Positions 1 through 13,100 of a stretch of 64,000 bases of DNA are shown here, one piece after another (the first letter of the stretch is position 1; the number at the start of each line of letters is the position of its first letter). Under the pieces are notes generated by a model. That model saw only the letters and a program-made list of their open reading frames with translations. It did not search any database and was not told where the DNA came from. The DNA comes from Macrostomum lignano (Eukaryota). The stretch is taken from contig NIVC01000317.1 of NCBI GenBank assembly GCA_002269645.1, forward strand, positions 372,001 through 436,000, given 5' to 3'. The position numbers were made by a program, and so were the translations under genes.

Positions 1-49
1 CAGTCGCGCGGCCAGGCGCCTGTCGGCCCCAGTCCCTGCAACTTCAACT

Positions 50-2950
50 ATGGATCCGCCGGGTGGCGCCGGGGACCACGAGGCCAACCTTTATCTGGCC
101 CTAGCTGTACCAGGTGGCCGCCTCAGACTCGGCACGATGAACTGCCGAACTCTGAAGGCCCCCTGGCGTCGCACCATCCTTGTCCAGCTGGCCCACGACC
201 TCGTCTCGCTGCGGGAGGTTTCTATCGTGGCTGAGCCAGGGCTCCACTCTGAGAACCTCGGAGCCGGCTGGAGCCTCCTGTACACGTCGGCAGACAATTG
301 CGGTCGGGGCGGTGTCAGTGTACTGATCGGACCGCGCCTCCAGCAGAGCGTGCACTGCATTTCGCTGTCCCCGCGACTGATACAGGTCGACCTGCGACTG
401 CGCGTCCGCTGCATCCGACTGTTCTGCGCGTATGCACCCACCACTGCTCACACCAAAGAGGCTCAAGCCTTCTTCGACTTCCTGGCTTTGCAGCTGAAAG
501 AGGTGCCAAACCGCGACACGCTGGCGGTGCTCGGAGACCTGAACGCAGTTCCGCGGAGGTCCGAGCGCTCGCCCTATGTCGCGGGACGCGAGAATGCCAA
601 CATCGATGCACAGGAGGACCTGCTTGACCGGCTGGACCTGGTGTCCGCGAACACCCAGTTCCGCAAGCCCTCTGCCCGCCTGGTCACCTTTGCGGGCTGC
701 AAGAGAAGGCGATAGAACGCACGCGGGCGGAACGCCACGAAGAGACTGGCGCAACTCGATCATGCGCTGGTTCGCACTCGCGAGCGCCGCCGCGTCACCA
801 ACTGCGAAACCATGGCTCTGCTGGCTCTCCGGTCAGACCATCGACTTCTGCTCTGCGACTTGCGGCTCCTTGACCAGCTCTACCGACCACCAAAGCAGCG
901 GCCACGGCGCTACTATCGCGCTCTGTTGGACACATGCGTCAAGCGACAATACGCAGGCGCCTTCGTCGGCGCGCTTGGAGACCAGCGAGAGGCGGAGTAT
1001 TCCGACATCAGCACCGCCGTTAGAGCCGCTGCGGTGCAGACGGTCCCGCTGATGCGGCCAGCACAAAAATCGCTGCCTGTCTGGCAGAGCGACCCGACCA
1101 TCAGGTAAGCGTCCCTCAACATCGAGCGACTCCGCAGAAACTGGCGACCCACGGGCGACGCTGAAGACGCATTTGAGCGCCTTCTAGACGAGCGGCAGCA
1201 GGCCGCTGTCGACGACGCCGTTAGGTCCATCACTGCAGCCGGCCCAGATGTGAAGATCCGCGCAGTGTGGACGGCCGTCCGGACTCTGACGGGGCGCAAA
1301 AAGCGCGTGGCGCTGAATCTGGCCGGTGACACCCCGGAGGAGCGCAGGAACGAATTGCGCGACTTCTTTGCCGGCATAGTGAACGCGCCCGCGTCGGCGC
1401 TGCCCGCCAGCTTTGCGCTCCCACTGGACACGCCGCTCCCAGCTGAGGAGGACTTCTGCACCAGACCAGTCACCACGAAGGACGTTGTGCTGTTCGCTCG
1501 GAAAACATCAGGCGGCAAGGCGCTCGGTCCCAACAAAGTCCCAGTCGAGGCGCTGCGGCTCCGCTGTGTGGCCTCCCAGGTCACAGGCATATTGAACCGC
1601 GTGCTTTCCGGCGCCCCGGCGCCCACCGAGTGGACCGTCGCGCACATCGTGCCGATCCCTAAGTAGGCAGGGACAACGCGGAAAGAAGACCACCGTGGGA
1701 TCTGGCTGGTCCTGCACCGCGAAGCTTTTCAACCGGCTGTTCCTCGATCGTCTGCAGTCGGTGCTGAACCCGTACCTGCGGTACTAGTAGAACGGATTCC
1801 GGCCGCAACGCAGTACAGTGACACAGATCCTCGCACTCCGCCGGGTCATCAAGGATGCGCGCATCCGCCAGTCTACCCTGATTATTGTCTTCGTTGACTT
1901 TCAAAAGGCGTTTGACTCGGTGTTAAGAGCCGCGCTTCCCTTTGTCCTACGAGCCTACCGGGTACCCCAGCAGCTAGTCAACGCTGTCATGGCACTGTAT
2001 TGCGACACTCGAGCTGCTGTGGTGACGGCGGACGGCCTGTCTCTCCTGTTTGACACTTCATCAGGAGTTCTGCAGGGCGACACGCTGGCGCCGTTCCTCT
2101 TCGTACTGCTGCTGGACTGGGTGCTTCGGACAGCACTCCCCTCGGCAGACGACGGCTTCCTGCTTCGCATCGGTCGTCGCCACGGCCAAAAGCGCCTCAG
2201 CGTGCTTGGCTACGCCGATGACCTCGCCCTCCTGTCCTCGTCCGTTGAAGGCGCCCAGCGCCAGATCGACAGGCTGGTCGAGGTGGCTTCGAGCGTCGGT
2301 CTGATTGTCAACACTCTGAAGACCGAGGTGCTGACTGTGCCGGCCGACATCCCAGCGGACCTGACATGCCGCGGCGCAGACGGGCAGACGACCAGGCTCG
2401 CACCCTTCCAGCGGTTCACCTACCTCTGCGGTCTGGTGCCTCACATGAAGGAAGACCTCCGGCGGCGCAGAGGACTTTCCTGGGCGGCCTTCCGTTCGAT
2501 TCGGGCCGTCGTCCAGTCCGAAGCGCTGCCTGACCACCAGAGGGCTCGGCTGTGGCAGGCGGTGGTCGAAACCGTCCTGCTATACAACGCCGAGACGTGG
2601 ACGCTGACGGCTACGCTAGAGCGGCAGTTAGACTCGGCGCACTCAGGGCTGCTCCGTGCGGCCTTTCGAGCTGAAAGCGTCGGACCGAGGCCCTGTACGA
2701 TCGGGCCAAGCTGCAGCGCCCGTCCATCATCCAAGGACCACGTTCTAGTCTAGTAGTCCTTGCTACCATCCTAGGCGTCGACGACTTCAACTGGCGGGCC
2801 ACGTGATCCGGGCCGAGGGCTATACTGCCCCAACCTGTTCAGGACGTCCTGCTGCTCACCCGTTCAGGCGGGGTCAGGCCCAAACCCGTCGATACGTGGA
2901 ATGCCTGCTGTGCGACGCGTTCGGACTTCGTTCGCTCCCAGGCTCTGACT
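50..2950 (+). mobile_element. Decayed non-LTR retrotransposon (LINE, RTE-like), AP-endonuclease + reverse transcriptase, multiple stops/frameshifts
   Basis: APE motifs LRLGTMNCRTL, FCAYAPT, VLGDLNA, QLDHAL, SDHRLL (50-900); RT motifs NGFRPQRST, FVDFQKAFDSV, GVLQGDTLAPFLF, LGYADDLALL (1790-2460). Stops at ~713, 1106, 1664 and 1785-1790 fragment the ORF. Ends near short CTGA/TTG repeats at ~2945-3000. Clade assignment is by motif resemblance only. Confidence 0.9.
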
Positions 2951-4466
2951 GACTTTGCTTGCGGGGTCGCGCATTTTGTTGTTTTTGTTGTTGTTGTTCA
3001 CTGTTCCAGCCAAGGTCGCAGATTTGGTACATGATCTTCACTTCGCAAAAGTTACCTTAGATTACCTTCAGTATAATAGCTGGTGTTTGATGAATCCCTT
3101 GGCGGCATCAGATATCGCAGTAAGCTCAAAAAAACCTTCAAGAGGTACTTACGGTTTTGCATTTGCTGCTATGAATGATGAGTGCCTAACAGATCTGGAT
3201 TGTCGGTAAATTTTACGCGTATAAAGACCTCACGATCGTATACATGTATGCGTCTAATGACGGTTCTGATGTTTCTTAAACTTTTCAATTGCTTTAATTT
3301 TTTTCTGTCACGAAATCCTTGGGGAATGAATGCATGCACTTTCTCGGCAGTTGCTGAACATCTTCAGATCTGTTCTTTCGGCAGATCGACAATAAAAGCG
3401 GAAAAAAGACCATTGGATGGGTAGTATGTTAGCCAGTTAAACTGTTTGTTAGCCAGCAGCGTCGTTCTTCTCCAGCTTATTGTGTGTTGTATATTTTTTC
3501 TACTGCCTGGTGGCATGCTTTAATCTGGGTGCAGTTGATAGTTAAATCATACCAGGAGATAACTATACCACTGAATTAACATGATCATATCGAACCCCCA
3601 CCCACCCCAAGCTCATATTTTAGCAAGAACATGCATAACAGCCCCTGGGCCCTGGCACTGGGCCACTGGACCTGCAGTTACTCAAAGAAGCCCCTTAAGG
3701 AAAGGACGATCCTTTGTATTGCGTCCATCAAAAGAGTCAACGCCAGAATGTAATGCATGATGCTTGAATAAGGCCAATGCATCGGTATCTACTGTAACTA
3801 ATAGCAAGCTTTATCTGCTAACTTAAGGGCCTCCGATCAGCCACACCAGCATAAGGGCATCAGCAAAAAAACAGTAGAGTGACAGAGCGGCACCTATGGG
3901 TCATTATGAAAAAAATTATGGACCCCCGTGCCTCCGACACCCCCTGCACCCTGTCCACCGGATTGGCAAGCTCGAGTTCGAGGTAAGTTGGCAAGCTAAA
4001 GTCGCTATCAGAATACATTCATGAAATAGCAGAAAAGATCCTTTCTATGACCCACAAAACATTCTCATAATTTTTATGCATGCAGTTAATAGATTTACGG
4101 CATATTTTGATATTAAATCTCTGTATTTGTTATAGTGCTCCAAAATAGTGAGTCATTTTAAGCAGCTGTAATTTTCTACGACATCAAAAATTCTTCTCTA
4201 GGCTTTAATTATAGTCGATGTGGTGTTTTTATATATCTTGGTCAATCCCCTTTATGCTCAACTCTCCCTGTTTCTTTTAAATATATTTTTGAAGACACTA
4301 ATTTATTAAGCATAGAAGCATCTCTTTTATTTTAAAAAAACTTTATTTCTCCTAATGCGATCGTTAAAAAAATAAAAAAATAATTCTTACTTCACTTCAG
4401 CATCTAAGATTCTCAAACTGCAGACAAAGCTTAATAACTCTAATAGCAATAAAATTAGCAAAGTTA

Positions 4467-7400
4467 ATGATGACTGAGGCAAAGAAATGCTGGAAGCTGA
4501 GTAAGTTAACTATGATTAGCATAACTTTTTGCTGTATAATTTGCATATTTAATATTTAAATTTTCTTTTAGAAGTTAAATACAAGTGTATGATTTATTGA
4601 CTTTAGTATGATGCAGTAGAAAGTATTAGCAATGAAATAAACATAAATAGTTTAGGATTGGTCCCTAATTGTGTATTTTCAATCAAATTTCCTATTGATA
4701 GCTAATATAGGCTTTGATTTGACTCAATGTGCATGGTGCATAGCCTTGACTTAGGACCTACGCCACACTCCAGATCATGTAGGCCTAGTATATGCCCAAA
4801 AATTTGGGCATGCATTGGCGTTGCACACCAAAAGTTAGGCATGCATAATTGGAATATATTACTCCTAAGAAAATAGTATGCTTATGGTGAAATCCAAAAA
4901 TTGGGGGCAAGTTTTATGAAAATTTGTTTTTTGGCAATTTAAAAAGCAATAAAGCTATAAAATAAATTTATTCAAGTTTTTAAAAGGTAAAAAAGTCTAT
5001 TAAAGCACAAATTATTTTCGTATAGCTTTATTTTTAATAAAATGATTTGTTGAAATGGTAAGTTTAATTATGACCTAAAAAGGCTAAAATGAGTCGAATG
5101 AAAATGATAGAAAAGCTATAATAATGTATTTTATTAATTTTAACTATCTTATAATGTTACACTCTATAATTCTACAACATATTTAACATTATTTTCAAGG
5201 GTTTATTTGTTTATCACTTTTGTTACTCTTAACAATGTGTATTTTGTAGAGTTCGTTTGCAATAAATTGTATTCAACGTAAGTTTATTATTTAAACATAC
5301 AAATTCCCATAAGGATCGAAAAATTGCATTTTACTCAGCTTCTACTAAAGCGATTGGGAAAATTCTTTTTTTCCTGCATACACGCCGCAATGATACATGT
5401 TTTAGTATAATTTCATTGTTCTTCGTCGCTTAATGAGCATACAGTAAGCATCTGATTTGGAAGCCGGGTTCACATTTTGTGGTACCATTTTTTACCCAAA
5501 ATGTTGAAGTCTAAATATAGGCATATTACAAATACTAATACTATGCAAGTTGATATTTAAATTAAAGAAAACAACTTAAAGATTATTTTGCAACAAGGAA
5601 TTAGCGATATATTTACTTTTAGAGAAAGATGTTTGCTGGCAAACTTTGCACTTTATATTAGTATGAATTTTTGCGAGTTTATATGGTTTTAGAAAAACTT
5701 TGAAATCCTTAGAAATACTTCATCTTTTTGAATTGAATAAAAAGTAAAACACAGATTACTTTCTGTTTTGTAAGTAGTAAAAAAATTAGCCTTCTCTAAG
5801 GCCTATAAGTCTTAAAATTAATTGTTTAATAATGAAAAAAAGTGAAATAAAAAATTGCAAATCGGTCAACTCGGACTTTCAAAATGCTTTTTTTGGTTTT
5901 TTCTTATTTATTCAACAATATAAAGCATGAAAACAATAGTTTTTATTCAGAACTATTTTCTAAAGACCTATCTATCTTTCAAAACCTTTTTTAGATACAT
6001 TACTTTCCATTGAATGTCCGCAGATTTGTTTTACCATTTTATCCCATGTTTTTGGATTTCGCCTTATACAATTGCATACATGGGTATTAACCAATTTGGC
6101 AATAAACAAATTCAGCAACAAAGTCATTTTCAAGAAGTGTTCATTAATTTAAGGTTTTAGTGGTCTTGTTAGCAAAAACTGACTTGGAAAAACAATAAAA
6201 GAAATTTTCTTGTATGCCTAATAAGGTCTTTCCATTGGTTATAATACAATGTTAGAAAATAGAAAAATATGCCATGCAAAGAAAAAGGACAAAATTAAAA
6301 AATGTTAAGTGGCCCCTATGTACCACTACATTCCCAAAGATGCAGGATGTCCAATTTAACAATATACTTTTTGGTTATTTTAATATGTTTATATAGCCAT
6401 TGTTTCATTAAATTTATAAACTAGGGGCCTAATTTCACGAGCATTTTAAAAAAGCTTTTATTATATGCAATTTGCTTTAACTTGTCTTTAGCTATGAAAA
6501 GATGTGTTGTATTGCCAAATTTGCCTAGATTGTTGCCAAATTTGCTTTTACCAAATTTGTCCATGCTAACTTTCTGTTGCCAAATTTGTTTTTTTGCCAA
6601 ATTTGTATGTATTGGCATATACTTCATGGAATCACTTAAAAAAATAGTGGTAAGAGATGGAAAGGAGATTTAAAAGTTTATTTTAAAGTGTAAATTTTAA
6701 GCTGTTTTAGGCTTATAATAAGGTATTTTAATAAATGTTTTATATGTATCAATATTTAGCTATAAATAGTATTGGCAGAAAAGATAAATAATGAACCAAT
6801 TTATCATATCAGCTAAAAAGTCCTTTAAAAATAATATAAAAAAGGTTATTCACTATATTCATACTGGCTTAGATTTAAGAATGTGGGCATATACTATTTT
6901 TGGCATGCATTACTAGGCCTATTCAATTTTTGGTTGTGTATACACTTAGCATGATCAAAACTATAAGACCTAGATAGGTATCCTTTGATTTCAAGGTCTA
7001 GACTATATAGGCATGTAGCTAGGATTTATATCTAAGGGAGGCAGAGACATTAATCTATCTTTAATATTATCAATAGAAGTAAAATATAAAAGCAATAAAA
7101 AATAATTTTCTTTTTAATGGAAAGAATGTATCTCTAATGTCCTCCCCCTTGGCTATATCCCTAGCCCTAGTGCATACCAGAATAAAAATCCTATCTTAGC
7201 TAAATATATATTAGTATATACCAAAAAAAATTAATTTTTCTAATATAAATATTAATGCCAAAATTTTTCCTAAGCCTAAAAGGGTCATTTGACTTTGATA
7301 GAATTAGTTTTATACGATATTCTAGATCATGTTGGATGCATGCTAGAATGTATCCTAGGGAGTTTTTTGTTTGCATACTTACTCTACATTGTGCTCACCA

Positions 7401-10066
7401 ATTATACACTAGGCGCAGTTGTGCAACTAGAAATTTGTTAAGGGAAAGCAGATTTTGGAAGATAAAGACCTGAAGTGGGCAAAAGGAAGGTAGGCCTAGT
7501 CTATTGGCAAAAATTTGCTTGGTTCCCAGGGTAGAATTCATCCCAAAAACAAAAAATGCATTCTGTGCAAAAGTCAAAAACAAAATAGACATGTGTGCAA
7601 AACAAAATATAAAATATTGCACAGTATTAAAGACCTAAGGGAGCTTTAGAATATTAAATATTAGCACTAGTTTTACAATTGCTACATTTAAATCTTAATA
7701 TACACATTATTATGCCAAAAAATCCATTGTTCTGCATGCCTTTCTTGATGAATTTTTTTGTTCTTTATGCTTAATAAATTAAGTTTACCTGGGTTGGTCT
7801 CCCCTTTGATTTTTTTAGGCCTTTGCCTAAGGCTGATGATTCCTACCCCTAGTTGCACCACTGGCCATGTACCATTGTTTACAAAACAAACAATTCAACT
7901 TGTATTTGTTGGTTTCTACCTTCTACTCTAGTTCTACTCTAGTTTCTACCCATAAAATCAAGGGCTTCAATGATCTTTTGAAGATCAAGTAATAAGTAAG
8001 TCTTAGTTATTAGGTTGTCAATATTACTATCTGTGGGAATTATATGTTCCTATAGCCATATTTATCACCACAGTGGAATGGTATTGCCTGGTATTATTTT
8101 AATGATCATAAGACATTAATTGATTGACATTGATTTTTTATCTATAGAGGGACACAAGAATCACCAGCAAAAATTGTCTGTCAAGATTTTACCACCAAGA
8201 TTTGCCTGTCAAGATTTTCCCACAGTGCAATTTGCCTGCAAGTGAATTGCCCATCAAAATAACAAATTGGATATTTTGTTTACCTAACTTAATTAGCCTT
8301 AATTGGGTTTCATTAGATGGATCCTGATTTTTTATTTTTTGTAAAATGATATACAATTGTTAATCTCTAGTCAAGTCTTAAGAATACCATTTGAACCAAT
8401 TGTTTACTATCATAGTTACTTGTTAAATAAACTAATTGGTCTTACTAATTTACACTATCTGAATTTATTAGAGTTAGATAATTGTGCTTTTATGATAACT
8501 GATGAAATTTATATGAAAAAATTCTACAAGCTAGGTATGTATTAACTAGATAGAGATCTATTCATATATCCATCTTGCCACCTACCAAAGAGTTTCTCAA
8601 TAATTTTAGTTTATTATTGAAACTTTGTCATGTTCAACAAACAAGTAATCTGCTGGGGCTTCAATAGATCAGTTAGCTCACCAACACCCATTATCCTTAT
8701 TTAGCGGAATGCGTAGCACACACACCTGGCTCCGTGACCTGCCTCAGCCTTGGCCAGCTCACCGGCTCCATCCTGGCCACTGGCGGCGACGACAAAATGG
8801 TGAAACTGTGGGTTGTTGGCCGCACCTCCTGCATCATGAGCTTGGCTGGACACACCGCCTCAGTTGAGTCGCTGCGGTTCAACTCCAAGGAGGATAAGCT
8901 GGCTGCTGGCTCCCTCTCTGGCGTCATCAAAATCTGGGATTTAAACGAGGCTAAGCTAATGCGCTCCCTATCTAGCCACAAGGCGGCCGTCAGCTGCCTG
9001 GATTTGCATCCGTTTGGGGATTTCGCTGTCTCTGGCTGTGCGGATGGCAGCGCGAAGGTAATTGATAGCAGGGCGGCTTGCTGAGGCATCAGTTTGATAG
9101 CAGTGCGGCTTGCTGAGGAATCAGTTTGATTGCAGTGCGGCTTACTGAGGGATCAGTTTGATTGCAGTGCGGCTTGCTGAGGCATCAGTTTGATAGCAGT
9201 GCGGCTTGCTGAGGAATCAGTTTGATAGCAGTGCGGCTTGCTGAGGGATCAGTTTGATAGCAGTGCGGCTTGCTGAGGCATCAGTTTGATTGCAGTGCGG
9301 CTTGCTGAGGAATCAGTTTGATTGCAGTGCGGCTTACTGAGGGATCAGTTTGATAGCAGTGCGGCTTGCTGAGGCATCAGTTTGATTGCAGTGCGGCTTG
9401 CTGAGGGATCAGTTTGATTGCAGTGCGGCTTGCTGAGGCATCAGTTTGATTGCAGTGCGGCTTGCTGAGGAATCAGTTTGATTGCAGTGCGGCTTGCTGA
9501 GGCATTAGTTTGATAGCAGTGCGGCTTGCTGAGGAATCAGTTTGATTGCAGTGCGGCTTGCTGAGGCATCAGTTTGATAGCAGTGCGGCTTGCTGAGGGA
9601 TCAGTTTGATAGCAGTGCGGCTTGCTGAGGGATCAGTTTGATAGCAGTGCGGTCAATAATGCTTAATCAGCTGCTAAATAATTTTATTGATTTACCCTAC
9701 CTGTACAGCTGTGGGACATCAGGCGCAAGGGCTGCATCTACACATACAAGGGTCACACGGAGCCGCTGACCTGCGTGAAATTCTCTCCCGACGGTCGTTG
9801 GGTTGTTACTGCCGGGCAGGACTCTGTTATCAAGGTGCGGCTATTATTGTGTTTCGTTTTTTTATGGCCTGATGCTCTGATAAACTTACGCATTTATTGA
9901 TTGATAGGTTGTTAGAGACCGTAGCTAAATAGATAACAGATATCGATAGCAGACAGACAGACACTAATAGACAGAGCGACAGACAGACAGACAGAAACTG
10001 ATAAACAGATAGGCAGACAGATAGATATTTAGAGAAACAGATAAAGAGACAGACAAGCACTAAGGC

Positions 10067-10111
<45 letters not shown>

Positions 10112-13100
10112 TTAGAGAGGCACACAGGCATTCAGGCAGGATCAATACCGCTGCCCCGCCAGATCTGGGACCTGGAGGCCGGCAAAATCCAGGCCGAATT
10201 TGTCGAACTCAGTGCCGGCGCCACCGACCTGAGCTTCCATCCGAGCGTGCTGCTGATGGCGGCCGCCTTCCAGGACAAGACGGTCCGCTTCCTTGACCTG
10301 GAACTGTTTCAGTCGATCGGTTCCACCCTGGAAACTGATATGCCGACCCCGCCGCGTCGGATCGCCTTCAACCCGGACGGCAACTCAGTGTACGCGTCCT
10401 GCGGCGACACGCTGAAGATTATCAATGTGGAGCCGACCGCCCTGCTGGAGACCGTGCCGGTGGGCTGGGGCCGCCTGACCCTGGCTGACCTGGTCGTATC
10501 CGCCAGGCACAACCAGCTGATTGGTGAGGACTGAAGAGATTTTCCCGTTTTTTATCAGAGGAATTCGTGGCTTCTGTGCAGATATTTCACATTTTCTATC
10601 GTATCGATTCCCTCAGATTATTTGGAGAATTCCCTCCGATCAGATGGAGAATTCCCTCAGATTATGTGCAGAATTCCCTCAGATTATGTGGAGAATTCCC
10701 TCAGATTATATGGAGAATTCCCTTAGTCTATATGGGGAATTCCCCCAGATTATATGGAGAATTGCCCTAGATTATATGGAGAATTTTCTCAAACTATAAG
10801 GAAAATTCCCCCAGTCTATCAGGAGAATTCCCCAGATTATATGGAGAATTCCCTCAGACTATAAGGAAAATTCCTTCAGTTTATATGGAGAATTCCCCTA
10901 GATTATATGGAGAATTCCCTTAGTCTTTATGAAGAATTCCCTCAGTATATATGAAGAATTCCCTCAGACTATATGAAAAGTTCCCTCAGACTATATGAAG
11001 AATTCCTCTGTGTAATTTACAAAATAAACACTTTTTCCTAGCTACTCACCAGTAGCAAGCCAGTCCCTAGTTAAAAGTGCATTGTATTTTCCAATCCAGG
11101 CGCCGGCTTCGCTCACAGCAGCGTCGTGACCTACGTTGTGGACGTGAAGTCCTGCGCACCCTACGTTACCCCGGCGCCCGCCCAAGCCGCCGCCGTTTTG
11201 TCGCCGCCGGACAAAGACCGGCCGACCACCACTTCCGGCAGGAAGTCTTTCAACCAGCCGGAGCCCAACCTGGTGCCGAAGACGAAAACTTCAAAGAAAA
11301 AAGCCGCGCTGGCTGGCGGCGCCGGCGCGGCCTCAGTCGATGAGGAGTCCAGCGAGATGCAAATTCACGACCCGGAGGCCTACAATGACATTTTCGCGCC
11401 TAAACGGGCGCTTCGACGCTCGCCATCGCCGCCGTCGTCTTCGTCTGGCGCCGGCGCCGGCGCCTCGCGGCCAGCCCACGCGTTCGCCGCCGCGGCCGCC
11501 AAGCCGTTCACCCCGCCGACTAAGGAGAGTCCGACTAAGCCGCCTGATGGTCAGTGCCTATCCTGTTCCGTGCGCTCTTCATTTTTAGCCACTTATAGCG
11601 CCTGTTTGGTGCGCAAATAATACTACTTACAGTAGCGTAAAGTAGACTGGCAACCAGTTAGCCATAAATTTTCAGTAATCCTGGTGAAGCTGATTGACAG
11701 CCAGTGAGGTGAAGCTGATTGACAGCCAGTGAGGTGAGGCTGATTGACAGCCAGTGAGGTGAAGCTGATTGACAGCCAGTGAGGTGAAGCTGATTGACAG
11801 CCAGTGAGGTGAAGCTGATTGACAGCCAGTGAGGTGATTGACAGCCAGTGAGGTGATTGACAGTCAGTGAGGTGAGGTGATTGACAGCCAGTGAGGTGAA
11901 GCTGATTGACAGCCAGTGAGGTGAAGCTGATTGACAGCCAGTGAGGTGAAGCTGATTGACAGCCAGTGAGGTGAAGCTGATTGACAGCCAGTGAGGTGAT
12001 TGACAGCCAGTGAGGTGATTGACAGCCAGTGAGGTGATTGACAGCCAGTGAGGTGATTGACAGCCAGTGAGGTGATTGACAGCCAGTGAGGTGATTGACA
12101 GCCAGTGAGGTGATTGACAGCCAGTGAGGTGATTGACAGCCAGTGAGGTGATTGACAGCTAGTCAGATGCTCAGATGCTGATTGACAGCTCTAATTAACA
12201 AGCTCAAACAATTGTAATTATCATCTCAGCAGGCGATCAGCGCCGCGCCGCGCCAGAGCCGGCCTCGCCGCCTCCCCAGCCGGAGCCCCGACAGCAGCCG
12301 CCACAACCGTCGCCGCCGCAGCAGCAGCCACCGCCGACCAGAGACCGAGCCCGTAGCCGCGAACATCGGGCCGAGGCGGCCGCGGCGGCTGTTACCCCGA
12401 CGCCGCGGAATAACGGCGGCGCCCCAGCGGCCGTGTCGGTCTCCGTTTCGGACTTCCTGCCGGTAAGTCCAATACCTTTGTCGTTATATGAAGAATTGTT
12501 ACTTTTATTTTACCTAAATAAGTAAAGTCCAGCTGAATAGCAAGGATTCTGAGAAGTGCTAAACATTATAAGAAATCTCACTAATGATTATAAAGCAATC
12601 TCAATGAGAATTCTAAGAAATATCGATTAGAATTCTAAGAAATATCAATTAGAATTCTAAGAAATATCAATTCGAATTCTAGGAACTAGCAAGTAGGATT
12701 CTAAGAAATATCTGAGAGTTCTAAAAAAATCTCAGTAAGGATTCTGGGAAGTCCCAATGAGGATTCTAAGAAATATCAATAAGGGTTCTAAGAAATATGA
12801 AGGTTCTACTTGACGATCCTATAAAGTCCTCGTTTTTATTGAAGATACTTATTGTGTCCCATACTCAGCTTTTGGTCTGCGTTTTCAGCCATTGCGTCTC
12901 TTCATCAAAGTCAACTGAGCTGCTGCTCTGTAACAAAACCATTTACATTGTTGAAATATTTTTATTATGTATGACAATAATTTAAATTTATTGCCAATAT
13001 AGTCGCATTCAGTTACAATTAGATCTCTTCAATTCAATCAATACTTTGAAACTGGATGCTGATTAGTTAACTGATGAAGGCATGCATTGCCGGTCATGCG

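Noticed and set aside
50-2753. Active, intact retrotransposon ORF2
   Set aside because: At least four in-frame stops plus frameshifts across the APE and RT regions; a dead copy.
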